This document shows, one piece after another, positions 10,360-19,455 of a stretch of 64,000 bases of DNA (within the stretch, counting starts at the first letter, position 1; every line of letters begins with the position of its first letter). The stretch lies in the NCBI GenBank assembly GCA_044440125.1, contig JBITAJ010000029.1, positions 343,318 to 407,317 on the forward strand. The letters run 5' to 3'. Made by a program: the position numbers and the translations under genes. A model generated the notes under the pieces. The model was not told where the DNA came from, did no database searches, and saw nothing but the letters and a program-made list of their open reading frames with translations. The stretch is from Sedimentisphaeraceae bacterium JB056 (GTDB lineage: Bacteria > Planctomycetota > Phycisphaerae > Sedimentisphaerales > Sedimentisphaeraceae).

Positions 10360-11742
10360 ATGCTATTGAGACATACAACCGAAAAAGTTGCCGAGAGGTC
10401 ATCTCTGACCGTAAACCCGGCTAAAACATGCCAGCCTGTAGGTGCTTTGTATGCGGCACTTGGTGTTCACAGCTGTATGCCGCACAGTCACGGCTCACAA
10501 GGTTGCTGTGCATACCATAGAAGTGCACTTACCCGTCACTATAAAGAACCGGTAGTTGGTACAACCAGTTCGTTTACTGAAGGTGCCAGTGTGTTTGGCG
10601 GTCAGGCCAACCTCATGCAGGCTATTAATAATATCTTCACTGTATATGATCCAGAAGTGATTGCGGTTCACACAACATGTCTTTCTGAGACAATTGGTGA
10701 TGATGTTAACCAGATCCGGGAACGTGCAAGAGACAAGGGTCTGATTCCTGAAGGCAAGCATGTGATATATGCAAGTACGCCAAGTTACGTAGGTTCACAT
10801 GTGACAGGTTATGCGAATATGGTTAAGTCGCTTGTAACCTCTTTTGCTGAGCCTGCTGAAGATAAACTTCGCACGGTCAATATTATACCGGGATGGATCG
10901 AGCCTTCAGATATGCGTGAAATCAAACGCATCTGCAGCGAACTTGGTACTGAGATTATAATGTATCCTGATACTTCAGGTGTGCTTGATACACCTCAGAC
11001 AGGCCATTATGAGATGTTCCCCAAAGGCGGGGCCACTGTTGAGCAGATGGCAGCCTCAGGTGCCAGTCAGGCAACAATAGCTTTGGGTAAATATGCAGCC
11101 GCGCCTGCAGCTAAAGCTCTTGATACACAGTGTAAAGTTCCTTGTGATATATTGGATCTTCCTATAGGTCTTACTGCTACGGATAACTTTATAAATACAT
11201 TGAGAAAGGTTGCCAAGGTTGAAGTACCGGAATCTATCAATGATGAACGAGGACGTTTGCTTGATTTCATGGGTGATACCCAGCAGTACTTCCAGGGCAA
11301 GAGAGTTGCTCTTTGGGGTGATCCTGATCAGCTTGTTTCTCTTACTGAGTTTCTTGTAGATTTGGGTATGCGTCCGGTCTATATCGTAACGGGTACTCCG
11401 GGCAAGAAGTTCCTTACTCGTATTGAGAAAGCACTTAGAGGCCAGGTTCCAGAGGCGAAAGTCAAGCAGGGTGCTTGTGCTGATATGCACTTAATGCACC
11501 AGTGGATCAAACAGGAATCTGTTGACCTGCTTATAGGTAATACTTATGGTAAGTACATTTCTCGTGATGAGGATATACCGCTGCTAAGACATGGCTTCCC
11601 TATCTATGATCGCGTTGGACACAGTTACTTCCCGACAGTCGGATATGCTGGAGCGATGCGTCTTGTCGAGAAGATGCTTGAATTATTCCTCGATCGTAAG
11701 GATCGTGATTGTCCTGAAGAGAGTTTCGAACTTGTATTATAA
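10360..11742 (+). CDS. nifK: Nitrogenase MoFe protein beta chain
   Basis: NPAKTCQP, HGSQGCC, HTTCLSETIGDD, TPSYVGSH and GFPIYDR; GGAG RBS. Confidence 0.96.
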   Translation: MLLRHTTEKVAERSSLTVNPAKTCQPVGALYAALGVHSCMPHSHGSQGCCAYHRSALTRHYKEPVVGTTSSFTEGASVFGGQANLMQAINNIFTVYDPEVIAVHTTCLSETIGDDVNQIRERARDKGLIPEGKHVIYASTPSYVGSHVTGYANMVKSLVTSFAEPAEDKLRTVNIIPGWIEPSDMREIKRICSELGTEIIMYPDTSGVLDTPQTGHYEMFPKGGATVEQMAASGASQATIALGKYAAAPAAKALDTQCKVPCDILDLPIGLTATDNFINTLRKVAKVEVPESINDERGRLLDFMGDTQQYFQGKRVALWGDPDQLVSLTEFLVDLGMRPVYIVTGTPGKKFLTRIEKALRGQVPEAKVKQGACADMHLMHQWIKQESVDLLIGNTYGKYISRDEDIPLLRHGFPIYDRVGHSYFPTVGYAGAMRLVEKMLELFLDRKDRDCPEESFELVL

Positions 11743-11799
11743 TCGAAGGACATTTGTATGCGGCGTAGCCTTTTTTGATCGGGTATGATTTTAATACCG

Positions 11800-11836
11800 G
11801 CGGTGGATGGTTCCAGTCAGATCGGCCATCCACTGC
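11800..11836 (+). promoter_or_regulatory. GC-rich hairpin between nifK and the nifB-like gene
   Basis: GCGGTGGATGG...CCATCCACTGC inverted repeat followed by TTTAT. Confidence 0.45.
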
Positions 11837-11856
11837 TTTATAGAATGGAGAATTTT

Positions 11857-13029
11857 ATGTGTGTTTCAAATAATTGCGCCTGTGGCGATGACTGTAGCCT
11901 ATTATATTTGCCTATTTCGTCTGTATGTAATATACAATGTGTTTTTTGTGATAGAGAGGGCTATTGCAGATCTTTAAGTTCCAGTAAGACAGAAATTCCT
12001 GCCTTGTCAGCACAGCAGGCTTTGTACTATCTGGAGAAGAAACTTGAAGTCAAACCTGATCTCAAGGCTGTGAATTTATCCGGCCCAGGTGAGGTGCTTC
12101 TTGAGATTGATAAAATCCAGCAAATAGTCAGCACTATAAAGAGAAAGCATCCTGATATTTCAGTTTGTGTTCAGACCAACGGCATCCTGATGGAGGAATG
12201 TGCAGATGTACTCTCTGATCTTGGAGTCGATAAAATTATCATGAACATCAATGCACTGAACAAAGATATCGCGACAAAGATGTATTCATGGGTCAGGATT
12301 GGGAAGAATATATACAGGGGAAAAGATGCGGCAGAGCTTATCATAAAGTATCAGACAAAAGCGATGAGAGTATGTCGTGAGAAAGGTTTTGATACCAGAG
12401 TTCATTCCTTGTATATTCCATGTATTAATGATTTGAATATTGTAGAAATTGCGAGAAAAACAGCTGAAATGAATTTGCAGAGTTTCAGTTGCAGCGAAAT
12501 TGACGGAAAGAAACAAGACAGCCAGCAGCTTCAGGTAATAAAGAAACAATGCTCGAAATTGATATCACTGAAATGCGTTGGCAATGGTGTTGATGTAGAA
12601 TCTGAGATTGATGTTAATTTGCTTCTGTCGATTGCATCAGGACCTCTTGATCCTATTCAGAAACGACCTTATTATGCAGTCGGTACGCTTGATGGGTTGA
12701 ATGTTAATCGCCATTTGGGGCAAGCTAAAGAATTTAATGTGTATAGATATAAATCGGATTGCTGCGAGCTTGTTGATGTAAGAAAGGCTCCACCTTCAGG
12801 GGGCGGTGAAAAACGTTGGGCAAAACTTGCTGATATACTTTCCGATTGCTCTGCTATTTTTGTTACAGATGCCGGAGCCAGTCCGACCAAAGAACTTACC
12901 CGGCACGGTATCAAAGTTATCAGGACTGAAGAGAATGTCTACAAGGCAATATCTACTTTATACAGTGATGTTAAAATCAAAAAGAAAACTTGTACTCCGT
13001 TAGATTGCAGTACATGCAGCGGATGCTAA
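11857..13029 (+). CDS. Divergent NifB-like radical SAM protein with C-terminal NifX/NifB-like domain
   Basis: CNIQCVFC radical-SAM motif, SGPGE, QTNG, IYRGKDAAELII and NifX-like VNRHLGQAKEF. Several NifB signature motifs are missing (see findings). Start at ATG 11857 after GGAG. Confidence 0.8.
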   Translation: MCVSNNCACGDDCSLLYLPISSVCNIQCVFCDREGYCRSLSSSKTEIPALSAQQALYYLEKKLEVKPDLKAVNLSGPGEVLLEIDKIQQIVSTIKRKHPDISVCVQTNGILMEECADVLSDLGVDKIIMNINALNKDIATKMYSWVRIGKNIYRGKDAAELIIKYQTKAMRVCREKGFDTRVHSLYIPCINDLNIVEIARKTAEMNLQSFSCSEIDGKKQDSQQLQVIKKQCSKLISLKCVGNGVDVESEIDVNLLLSIASGPLDPIQKRPYYAVGTLDGLNVNRHLGQAKEFNVYRYKSDCCELVDVRKAPPSGGGEKRWAKLADILSDCSAIFVTDAGASPTKELTRHGIKVIRTEENVYKAISTLYSDVKIKKKTCTPLDCSTCSGC

Positions 13030-13076
13030 CGGCGTGAATTAATAAAATAATCAAAGTAGTTTAAAGGAGAACTAAA

Positions 13077-13382
13077 ATGCCAAAACCAGAATGCCATATT
13101 CTTATCTGTAACAGTTACAGACTAAATGGCCAACCCCAAGGCGTATGTAATAAGAAAGATGCTATTGAACTCTTACAGATGACTGAAGAAGGAGTTCTTG
13201 AAAGAGATATCAGTGCTCTTGTTACGAGTACAGGTTGTCTTAAAGCATGCGAAGAAGGACCTGTTATGGTTATATATCCTCAGGGATGGTGGTATGCCAA
13301 AGTCGATGAGGACAGGCTCGAAGAAATTCTTGATGCCTTGGAAGAAGGCGAACCTGTTGAAGATTACCTGCTCTATAGTTAA
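13077..13382 (+). CDS. Thioredoxin-like [2Fe-2S] ferredoxin (nif-associated type)
   Basis: ILIC-x12-C...TGCLKACEEGP-VMVIYP-G-WY; AAGGAG RBS. Confidence 0.88.
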   Translation: MPKPECHILICNSYRLNGQPQGVCNKKDAIELLQMTEEGVLERDISALVTSTGCLKACEEGPVMVIYPQGWWYAKVDEDRLEEILDALEEGEPVEDYLLYS

Positions 13383-13406
13383 CGATAAACACATATACTC
13401 TCCAAT

Positions 13407-13447
13407 TTTGAAGCCGCGGAATCTAATTCTGCGGCTTCAAATATTTT
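13407..13447 (+). terminator. Terminator ending the nif operon
   Basis: TTTGAAGCCGCGGAAT-CTA-ATTCTGCGGCTTCAAA followed by TATTTT. Confidence 0.75.
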
Positions 13448-13543
13448 AAAGCACACCGTATTGTTGTTCACTCTCATCTCCGTTTCACTGTATTTATCTC
13501 TGGCTTAAACCGCATCTTACGTTTTTGTAGCACCTTGAAATTG

Positions 13544-13648
13544 GTGAAAAATTTTTCATTTTGCATAAGTGTTTATTTACTATGTTTTTATGTTTAATAT
13601 TTTTTGTGATGTGTTTGTAGTCATAAAATATTGTGAAATTTATTTCTG
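13544..13648. promoter_or_regulatory. Two more copies of the GTGAAA-W4-TTTC palindrome
   Basis: 13544 GTGAAAAATTTTTCAT; 13633 GTGAAATTTATTTCtg. Confidence 0.55.
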
Positions 13649-13829
13649 TTTAAGTCGGATTCTCTCAGCTTACATGCCAATAATGTAGACTCTGAAAACA
13701 GTTTGGTCATCACTTATTTAAATCTTTTTTGTTCGTTTTCTTTCATATCGTTTAGAATAAGCTTTAAGAGCAAGCGGAAAAAACATTATAATTCTCAATC
13801 GTAAATTATTGAAGAGTTTATTTCTGTTT

Positions 13830-13845
13830 TGGCACGGCTGTTGCA
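13830..13845 (+). promoter_or_regulatory. sigma54 promoter of the prepilin-dockerin-MFS operon
   Basis: TGGCACGGCTGTTGCA; shares TGTTTTGGCACG with the nifH promoter. Confidence 0.88.
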
Positions 13846-13898
13846 GTAAGTATATCTGTATTAATAAAATTATGTTTGTTATTTGGTTTTGCAGAAAT

Positions 13899-14855
13899 AT
13901 GAAGAAACATTCTTACAATGGATATACTTTAATAGAACTATTAGTTGTGATATCTGTAATATCTATGCTCCTTGCTCTTGTTGTTCCGGCATTGAATAGA
14001 GTAAGGATTCAGGCTAAGTCAGTTGTTTGCAGGAGCAACCTCAGAAATGTTGGTGTGGCGATTCTTTCTTACAGCAGTTCTAACGATAACTTGCTTCCTG
14101 TTTCGTATAGATATTTCAATAGCTCTGAAGGAGTTGGAATAAGGCATTGGTCATCATTGATTATGCCGCATGAATTTGAGAGTTCAAAAGTTTTCAGTTG
14201 CCCGGCTGTCAAAAATGGCGGGCTGCCTCCGGCGAATACTTATGAAGACAACCTTGAGGCAGGTCAAACTGTCATGACTGAGGGAGTGATCGATATGCAG
14301 GCAAGGCGATGTGCGTATGTGCTTAATGAATCGCTTTGCCCTCGCAACAGATTTGAAGTAGGGTTTGAGGGAGCGGTCAGGCCAAGCAGGCAGGTCAAAG
14401 CTCAGGTGGTTTCTGATCCGGCAAACACTATACTTGCAACTGAATATAATAAAGACTGGAAGATGCTTGCTGATTATAATGGTGGGTATTGTAGATCATT
14501 TTTACCTGTGCATGGTTTTGTTTGTATAGGGTCTAAGAGTGATGACCAATATGACCTCAATATGGTGAGCGGCGGTTCAACACTTCCTTGTTTCAAGAGT
14601 GGCCCCTTCTCAAGAATTACAGATCGCGATCTTATGGACAATCCTAAATCTGGACGAAAAAATCCCGCACGCCTGAATTTTGTCGGCCGCAATCATGGTC
14701 CTTCGTACGATGGTAATGGTGTTAATGAATCAGCGAGCAGCTTTCTGTATCTTGATGGGCGTGTTGAGAGTACGAGCATTTATGATACGCTCGAAGATTT
14801 TCAGTGGGGCAAGAAGATTTACAGCCTTAAAGGTGATGCGAGAGTTAAGAAATAA
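13899..14855 (+). CDS. Prepilin-type N-terminal cleavage/methylation protein (DUF1559/H-X9-DG-like)
   Basis: G-YTLIELLVVISVISMLLALVVPAL, VVCRSNLR, FSCP and RNH...FLYLDG. Start moved to ATG 13899 because the ORF-track start (13809) overlaps the promoter. Confidence 0.85.
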   Translation: MKKHSYNGYTLIELLVVISVISMLLALVVPALNRVRIQAKSVVCRSNLRNVGVAILSYSSSNDNLLPVSYRYFNSSEGVGIRHWSSLIMPHEFESSKVFSCPAVKNGGLPPANTYEDNLEAGQTVMTEGVIDMQARRCAYVLNESLCPRNRFEVGFEGAVRPSRQVKAQVVSDPANTILATEYNKDWKMLADYNGGYCRSFLPVHGFVCIGSKSDDQYDLNMVSGGSTLPCFKSGPFSRITDRDLMDNPKSGRKNPARLNFVGRNHGPSYDGNGVNESASSFLYLDGRVESTSIYDTLEDFQWGKKIYSLKGDARVKK

Positions 14856-14888
14856 TATCTGTGTAATTTGTAATTTGGAGTAATAGAA

Positions 14889-15755
14889 ATGAGAATTTTG
14901 AGTGTACTAATTGCGATATTGATAGTGATGACAACATTTGTTTCTGCGGAGGTATTGACATTGCGTCCGGTGGCAGATACTTTTGTGCTTGAGCCGGGAG
15001 TTGCTCTTGATGATACAATATTTGCTGATGCGAATGATATGAATTTTGGCGGGTCTGGTTCGCAGTCGGTTGCATCTGCAACAAGCAGGGCTTACAGTCC
15101 TGATGAGTCTATTGATGATGATCCTAAAGGTGAATTTGTTACACTTATACAATTTGATACCAAGCTGCTTGAAGATACTAAAGTATTAGGTATGACTTTG
15201 CAGCTCAATATTATAAACGGTAACGAAAAAGCATTCGGCATGTTTAACGTCAGAGGTTCGGCTGGCATGTTTGATGTTTATATTGTGAGTAACGACTGGA
15301 AGCAGGGCAACGGTGGGCCAGAAAGTGATGACACAACGGGAGTCGGTGTTACGTATAATTCTCTTGCGGAGTTGAATACTGAGACATCGCCGGTATTTCT
15401 TGAGAGCTTCTATTACGATGCCGCATATCACCATGATATTGGAGCTGTATGGTATGATTTTGATTTTACTGTTTCAGAAACTCTTTTCGAGCAGTTTGTT
15501 GATCTCTCAGAAGATGGTGATGTTGTGACATTAATGCTTATCGCATCAGAGGACAGTGATGTGTCTTTCAACTATATGGGATATATACAGAATGTTGACG
15601 GTTCCGATCCTGTTTACAGATATACCGGTCCAAAGCTTGTCGTTGATTATTGTTCACTTCCAATAGGTGATATCAATAAAGACTGTTCGGTTAATATAAG
15701 CGATTTGTCATTGCTCGCCGCCAACTGGCTTGCCGATACAACAGTCGTAGAATAA
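14889..15755 (+). CDS. Secreted acidic protein with DNRLRE/CBM96-like domain and C-terminal dockerin-like repeat
   Basis: Signal peptide, LRPVADTFV, NFGG, PKLVVDY and GDINKDCSVNISDLSLLAANW. Confidence 0.65.
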   Translation: MRILSVLIAILIVMTTFVSAEVLTLRPVADTFVLEPGVALDDTIFADANDMNFGGSGSQSVASATSRAYSPDESIDDDPKGEFVTLIQFDTKLLEDTKVLGMTLQLNIINGNEKAFGMFNVRGSAGMFDVYIVSNDWKQGNGGPESDDTTGVGVTYNSLAELNTETSPVFLESFYYDAAYHHDIGAVWYDFDFTVSETLFEQFVDLSEDGDVVTLMLIASEDSDVSFNYMGYIQNVDGSDPVYRYTGPKLVVDYCSLPIGDINKDCSVNISDLSLLAANWLADTTVVE

Positions 15756-15773
15756 TTCAAAAAACTGAAATAT

Positions 15774-17120
15774 ATGTTGAGTATAACTACAGATAAAAAG
15801 ACGGTGCCATGGAGCTGGATATTCCTGCTCAGTATACCGGTAGCAGTTTTTGCCTATATTGAAAAATGCAGCGGTACGGCACTTACCTTTACTTTGCAGA
15901 AATATACATCGGATCCGGCACTGATAGCTTTTGTCGGAAGTATCAATAAAATATTTGGTGTTGTAATAGCTCCTTATGCGGCTTACAAAAGCGATTTTTT
16001 CAGCAGTCGTTTTGGTCGCCGCAAAGGTCTTATAATAATTGGTTTTGCGGCTGTGGCGGTTTCAATGGTTATGCTGCCCAACTGCAATTCTCTGCTGGCG
16101 ACAGTAGTAATAGTTATTCTGCTTCAGGCTTCCGTTGACTTTGGTTATACCGGTCCATGGAAGCCTATGTTTTTTGACATTGTGCCGAAGAAGCAACGCG
16201 GTAAGTCGATGGTTGTCAATAGATATTCCTCGATAGCTCTGCGTTTTGTTTTCATGTTTTTCCTGCTTGGAAATTTTGACATGAAGATGGGCGGCGGTAT
16301 GCCTAAAAAAGTGCTTGGCAAAAATATCGTATCTTCAATTACCGGTGAGCAGCTGATATATTATCTCGGCGCATTAGGTGTTGTAGTTTCGCTGTTTGTT
16401 GTGATGTTTTTCGTTAAAGATAAAAAGTCTCAGCCGCAGGATAAGGTACGTGTAAAGATATCTGAATATGTTAAGTATTTCTTCACTAATAAGCAGGCTG
16501 GAATGATTTGTCTGCTGATGATTTGCTACACTCTTATGAGCACAAGGCTCATGACTCTCAGGCCGCTGCTGATAACCGAACAGTTCGGCTACTCAAAACA
16601 GGTGCTTGGAAATATTCATGCTTTTACTATGCTTACAAATACTCTTGTTATCTTGCCGATAATCATGTGTGTCATCGATAAGATTGATAAGTTCAAGCTG
16701 TTTATGATTTGTCTGTGCCTCTCTACTCTGCATCCAATAGTTTATTGGTCATATGTAAAGTTTTTCGCGCCTATGCAGATACCGTCTCAGTCGGCGATAA
16801 TATTTTTCAATATTGCTGATTCTGTTTTCGATAGAACTGCTTTTCTTGTGCTGTGGCCTATTGTCTTTGATTATACAGACCCGCTGAAAAAAGGGTTTGT
16901 CAATTCAGGTGTTCTTGTAGTTGCGGGATTGGTAAGTTTTATGAATATAAATTTGATGGGCGGCGTTGTGAAGCTGTACTCTCATTTTTTTGCAGCAGAT
17001 GGGACGTATGACTATATGAGTACATATCTTTATATTTTTGCTGCGGGTATTATCGCTCTTGTAGGTACATTCTTTTTTGCAGCGAAGCGAAGAGGTGTCT
17101 ATTCGGATGTTGAATTCTGA
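15774..17120 (+). CDS. MFS transporter
   Basis: About 12 hydrophobic segments, SD-x4-RFGRRK motif A and DIVPKKQRG. Confidence 0.85.
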   Translation: MLSITTDKKTVPWSWIFLLSIPVAVFAYIEKCSGTALTFTLQKYTSDPALIAFVGSINKIFGVVIAPYAAYKSDFFSSRFGRRKGLIIIGFAAVAVSMVMLPNCNSLLATVVIVILLQASVDFGYTGPWKPMFFDIVPKKQRGKSMVVNRYSSIALRFVFMFFLLGNFDMKMGGGMPKKVLGKNIVSSITGEQLIYYLGALGVVVSLFVVMFFVKDKKSQPQDKVRVKISEYVKYFFTNKQAGMICLLMICYTLMSTRLMTLRPLLITEQFGYSKQVLGNIHAFTMLTNTLVILPIIMCVIDKIDKFKLFMICLCLSTLHPIVYWSYVKFFAPMQIPSQSAIIFFNIADSVFDRTAFLVLWPIVFDYTDPLKKGFVNSGVLVVAGLVSFMNINLMGGVVKLYSHFFAADGTYDYMSTYLYIFAAGIIALVGTFFFAAKRRGVYSDVEF

Positions 17121-17579
17121 TTAGATCATTTTTCTCAGAGCGATCAGTTTTGTAGATTGCCAGTTGTTCTTTGCGTAGAATTTCAGAGCAGGGTGATTGT
17201 CAACGTCTGCAAGGAGCTGGAGTCTTGTGAGCGAATTGTTTTTTGCCCAGTTCTCCATTTCGTTCAGAAGCTTTTCCCCTATTCCCATTTTCCTGTATCT
17301 ACTGCTGATTACCATATCTTCTATCAAGCCGACTTTGGAACCTTGGGCGGTTGATATGAGGATCTGAAGTGAAACCATTCCTATAATATCATTGTCGTAA
17401 GTTGCGATAAGTATGACGCCTTGTTCGGGTGATTCTATAAGCATACTGAGTCCTGCTGTTTGTTTTGCATCATCAGGTTCAAAATCCTGTTCGATAGAAA
17501 AAAGTTCAGTCAGAAGTGATGACAGTTTTTCAACATCCGCAAGTTCAGCTTTTCTTATATGTAGTTTTTGCTCGTCCAT
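17121..17579 (-). CDS. GNAT family N-acetyltransferase
   Basis: IEDMVISSRYRKMGIG acetyl-CoA motif and N-PALKFY. Confidence 0.88.
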   Translation of the reverse strand: MDEQKLHIRKAELADVEKLSSLLTELFSIEQDFEPDDAKQTAGLSMLIESPEQGVILIATYDNDIIGMVSLQILISTAQGSKVGLIEDMVISSRYRKMGIGEKLLNEMENWAKNNSLTRLQLLADVDNHPALKFYAKNNWQSTKLIALRKMI

Positions 17580-17735
17580 AATCGTGTCCTGCTTTCAAAA
17601 GAATTTACGGATACTGATTATATTTCAAAACGGATTAAAGTCACAATCTTTTTATCTCTTTTTTCTTTAATAAAAATGACCAGAGAACAGATTGCTCCAT
17701 TCCCTGGTCTGTGCCAAAACCATTTCCCGTTTTAC

Positions 17736-18941
17736 TTAGAAACTGTATTGTACCCTCATTGCCAGAACTACCGCGTCTGGATTTGCTCCTCCAGGGTTTG
17801 TTATGTATTGCAGATCCGGACACAAACTTAAATCCGGTGTTATTTCTATATTATAGTATGCTTCGAATGCAGATTCATATCCATCGGGATAAGTTGTTTC
17901 TGCATAGTTGCTGAAGCTTCCGTTTGAATAGCCCATGCCGAAAACATCATTGTCGCGGCCGTCCAGAAGACCTTTGTACTGACAGCCGATACTGCAGAAG
18001 CTGCTCATGTCGTTACGTTTGAGATCGGCATATCCGTATCTGAAAAATACGCCAAGTCCCTGGTCATCTTGCGGGTTGTCGTTTTCCTTGGCAACCATTT
18101 GATCAAAGCTAGCATAGAAGCCGGTATCGTCTCTGCTTTCATCGCTAATATCAGAATTTGCTTTTGGTTGCGGGTCGTTCCATACGCCGATACGGTAATT
18201 GCCGCCAAGTTCGCCATTTTGTGAGTTGATTGCGGTTGATAAACCGGCTTCCGCAATATAGAAGAAATATTTATCGCCGTCAAATGCTGTATTGAATCCA
18301 GTTTCTCTTCCGTCAGCTTCGGCATCAGCAACACCAGCCATCAGGTAGCAGTTATTGAAATTAAATGTTGCGATAGCACCAAGGCTGTAGTCAGGGAAGG
18401 GGATTGCTGAGTTGTTGACAAGTGAGCCGTTGAGAAATTGCATTGTTTCATCGTTTGCGTATTCACTTGCATCAAAAAATCCTGTGAAATCTATCTTACC
18501 AACTGCGATGTCGAATTGGTCATTGATTCCGGTTTGGTAAAATGCCTCTACGATATCTAACGTTCTGTTTCCTCCGGCATCGGCATTTGTTCCAAAGAAG
18601 CTGCCTACAGATTCACCGTCTATTCCTTCGCTGTCTGTCCAGCCGCCTTCACCATGAATGAAGAATTGCCCATCAATTCCAAAAAGCTTACCTGTGTCTA
18701 TCAGCATTTCAACGTCATAGCTGCCGGAAAATTCTCCTTTTCGTGAATCAGTGCTTAGTCCGCCTTTGACATTCCTTTGATAGACGCTTGTTACTCCGCC
18801 TCCTATTTCAATTGTCTGGCTTCCTTCAATGTCTTTGCTCAACTCCTTTATGACCTCTTCGTCCTGAGCCGCCAGAGCGGTTAGATTGCTAATTGCGATT
18901 AGTGTAGCTGCTATGAGAGTGTTAGTTATTGTGTTTTTCAT
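17736..18941 (-). CDS. OprB-family porin
   Basis: Signal peptide, beta-rich body, GKID...NDE..QFLN, GRDND-FG, EAYY...PDLQYI-NPGG and terminal Phe. Confidence 0.85.
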   Translation of the reverse strand: MKNTITNTLIAATLIAISNLTALAAQDEEVIKELSKDIEGSQTIEIGGGVTSVYQRNVKGGLSTDSRKGEFSGSYDVEMLIDTGKLFGIDGQFFIHGEGGWTDSEGIDGESVGSFFGTNADAGGNRTLDIVEAFYQTGINDQFDIAVGKIDFTGFFDASEYANDETMQFLNGSLVNNSAIPFPDYSLGAIATFNFNNCYLMAGVADAEADGRETGFNTAFDGDKYFFYIAEAGLSTAINSQNGELGGNYRIGVWNDPQPKANSDISDESRDDTGFYASFDQMVAKENDNPQDDQGLGVFFRYGYADLKRNDMSSFCSIGCQYKGLLDGRDNDVFGMGYSNGSFSNYAETTYPDGYESAFEAYYNIEITPDLSLCPDLQYITNPGGANPDAVVLAMRVQYSF

Positions 18942-18962
18942 TTTTTGGGGATTTCTAATTTC

Positions 18963-19139
18963 CTATATATTGATTGTTTTACATTTATTACCACTGTTTT
19001 GATTCTTGTGTTGCGAGACGCAGTTGCTGCAGTGGCCTCCGCACTTGAACTTTCCTTTTCCATTAGCTTTTTTTATGAATATGACGGCCAGGTAGCATGT
19101 CGCCGTTGCTACTATTGTGATCACAATTAATGTTTCCAT
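18963..19139 (-). CDS. Small Cys-rich membrane protein (FeoB-associated Cys-rich type), 58 aa
   Basis: Not in the ORF track. METLIVITIVATATCYLAVIFIKKANGKGKFKCGGHCSNCVSQ...; AGGTGAGGA RBS; stop 22 bp before the porin start. Confidence 0.78.
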   Translation of the reverse strand: METLIVITIVATATCYLAVIFIKKANGKGKFKCGGHCSNCVSQHKNQNSGNKCKTINI

Positions 19140-19188
19140 TTCCTCACCTTTCTTTATAAGCCTAAAAAATAACTGTTTTACGTATTTG

Positions 19189-19229
19189 TTAGTCTTGCCT
19201 TATAGTATAAGCTATGGCTAATATGTCAA
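19189..19229 (-). promoter_or_regulatory. sigma70 promoter (TTGACA-16-TACTAT) overlapped by two DtxR/SirR-like boxes
   Basis: TTAGTCTTGCCTTA (19189-19202) and TAAGCTATGGCTAA (19208-19221) resemble TTAGG-N4-CCTAA. Confidence 0.45.
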
Positions 19230-19384
19230 CGGTTTTTTACTGTTTTTTATGTTTTTTTTGCTTTTGAAGTGTTTTTTGTTGATAAAACACTTCAAATTCT
19301 GGCTGAAATCAAAAACTCCTTGAACAAAGTACTCATTATTTGTTATAATATTGTGGTAAAGGTCTAAAGTTTAGACATAAATAC

Positions 19385-19425
19385 ACTGGCAGTCTTGCGG
19401 CTTTTGCCTTGAGACTGCCAGTTTT
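19385..19425 (+). promoter_or_regulatory. Terminator-like hairpin in the panD leader
   Basis: ACTGGCAGTCT...AGACTGCCAGT plus a T-run, downstream of an extended -10 TGTTATAAT (19341-19349). Confidence 0.5.
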
Positions 19426-19455
19426 ACTTATATGATTTAGCAGGATTTTGAAATA

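Noticed and set aside
8709..11742. V/Fe-only nitrogenase, NifEN or a nitrogenase-like reductase
   Set aside because: There is no G subunit between D and K. The Cys and His FeMo-co ligands (MCHRS, QLHSYDY) and the group II insertion fit Mo-NifDK.
13809..13898. ORF-track N-terminal extension of the prepilin gene
   Set aside because: It overlaps the sigma54 promoter, and the prepilin leader fits ATG 13899.
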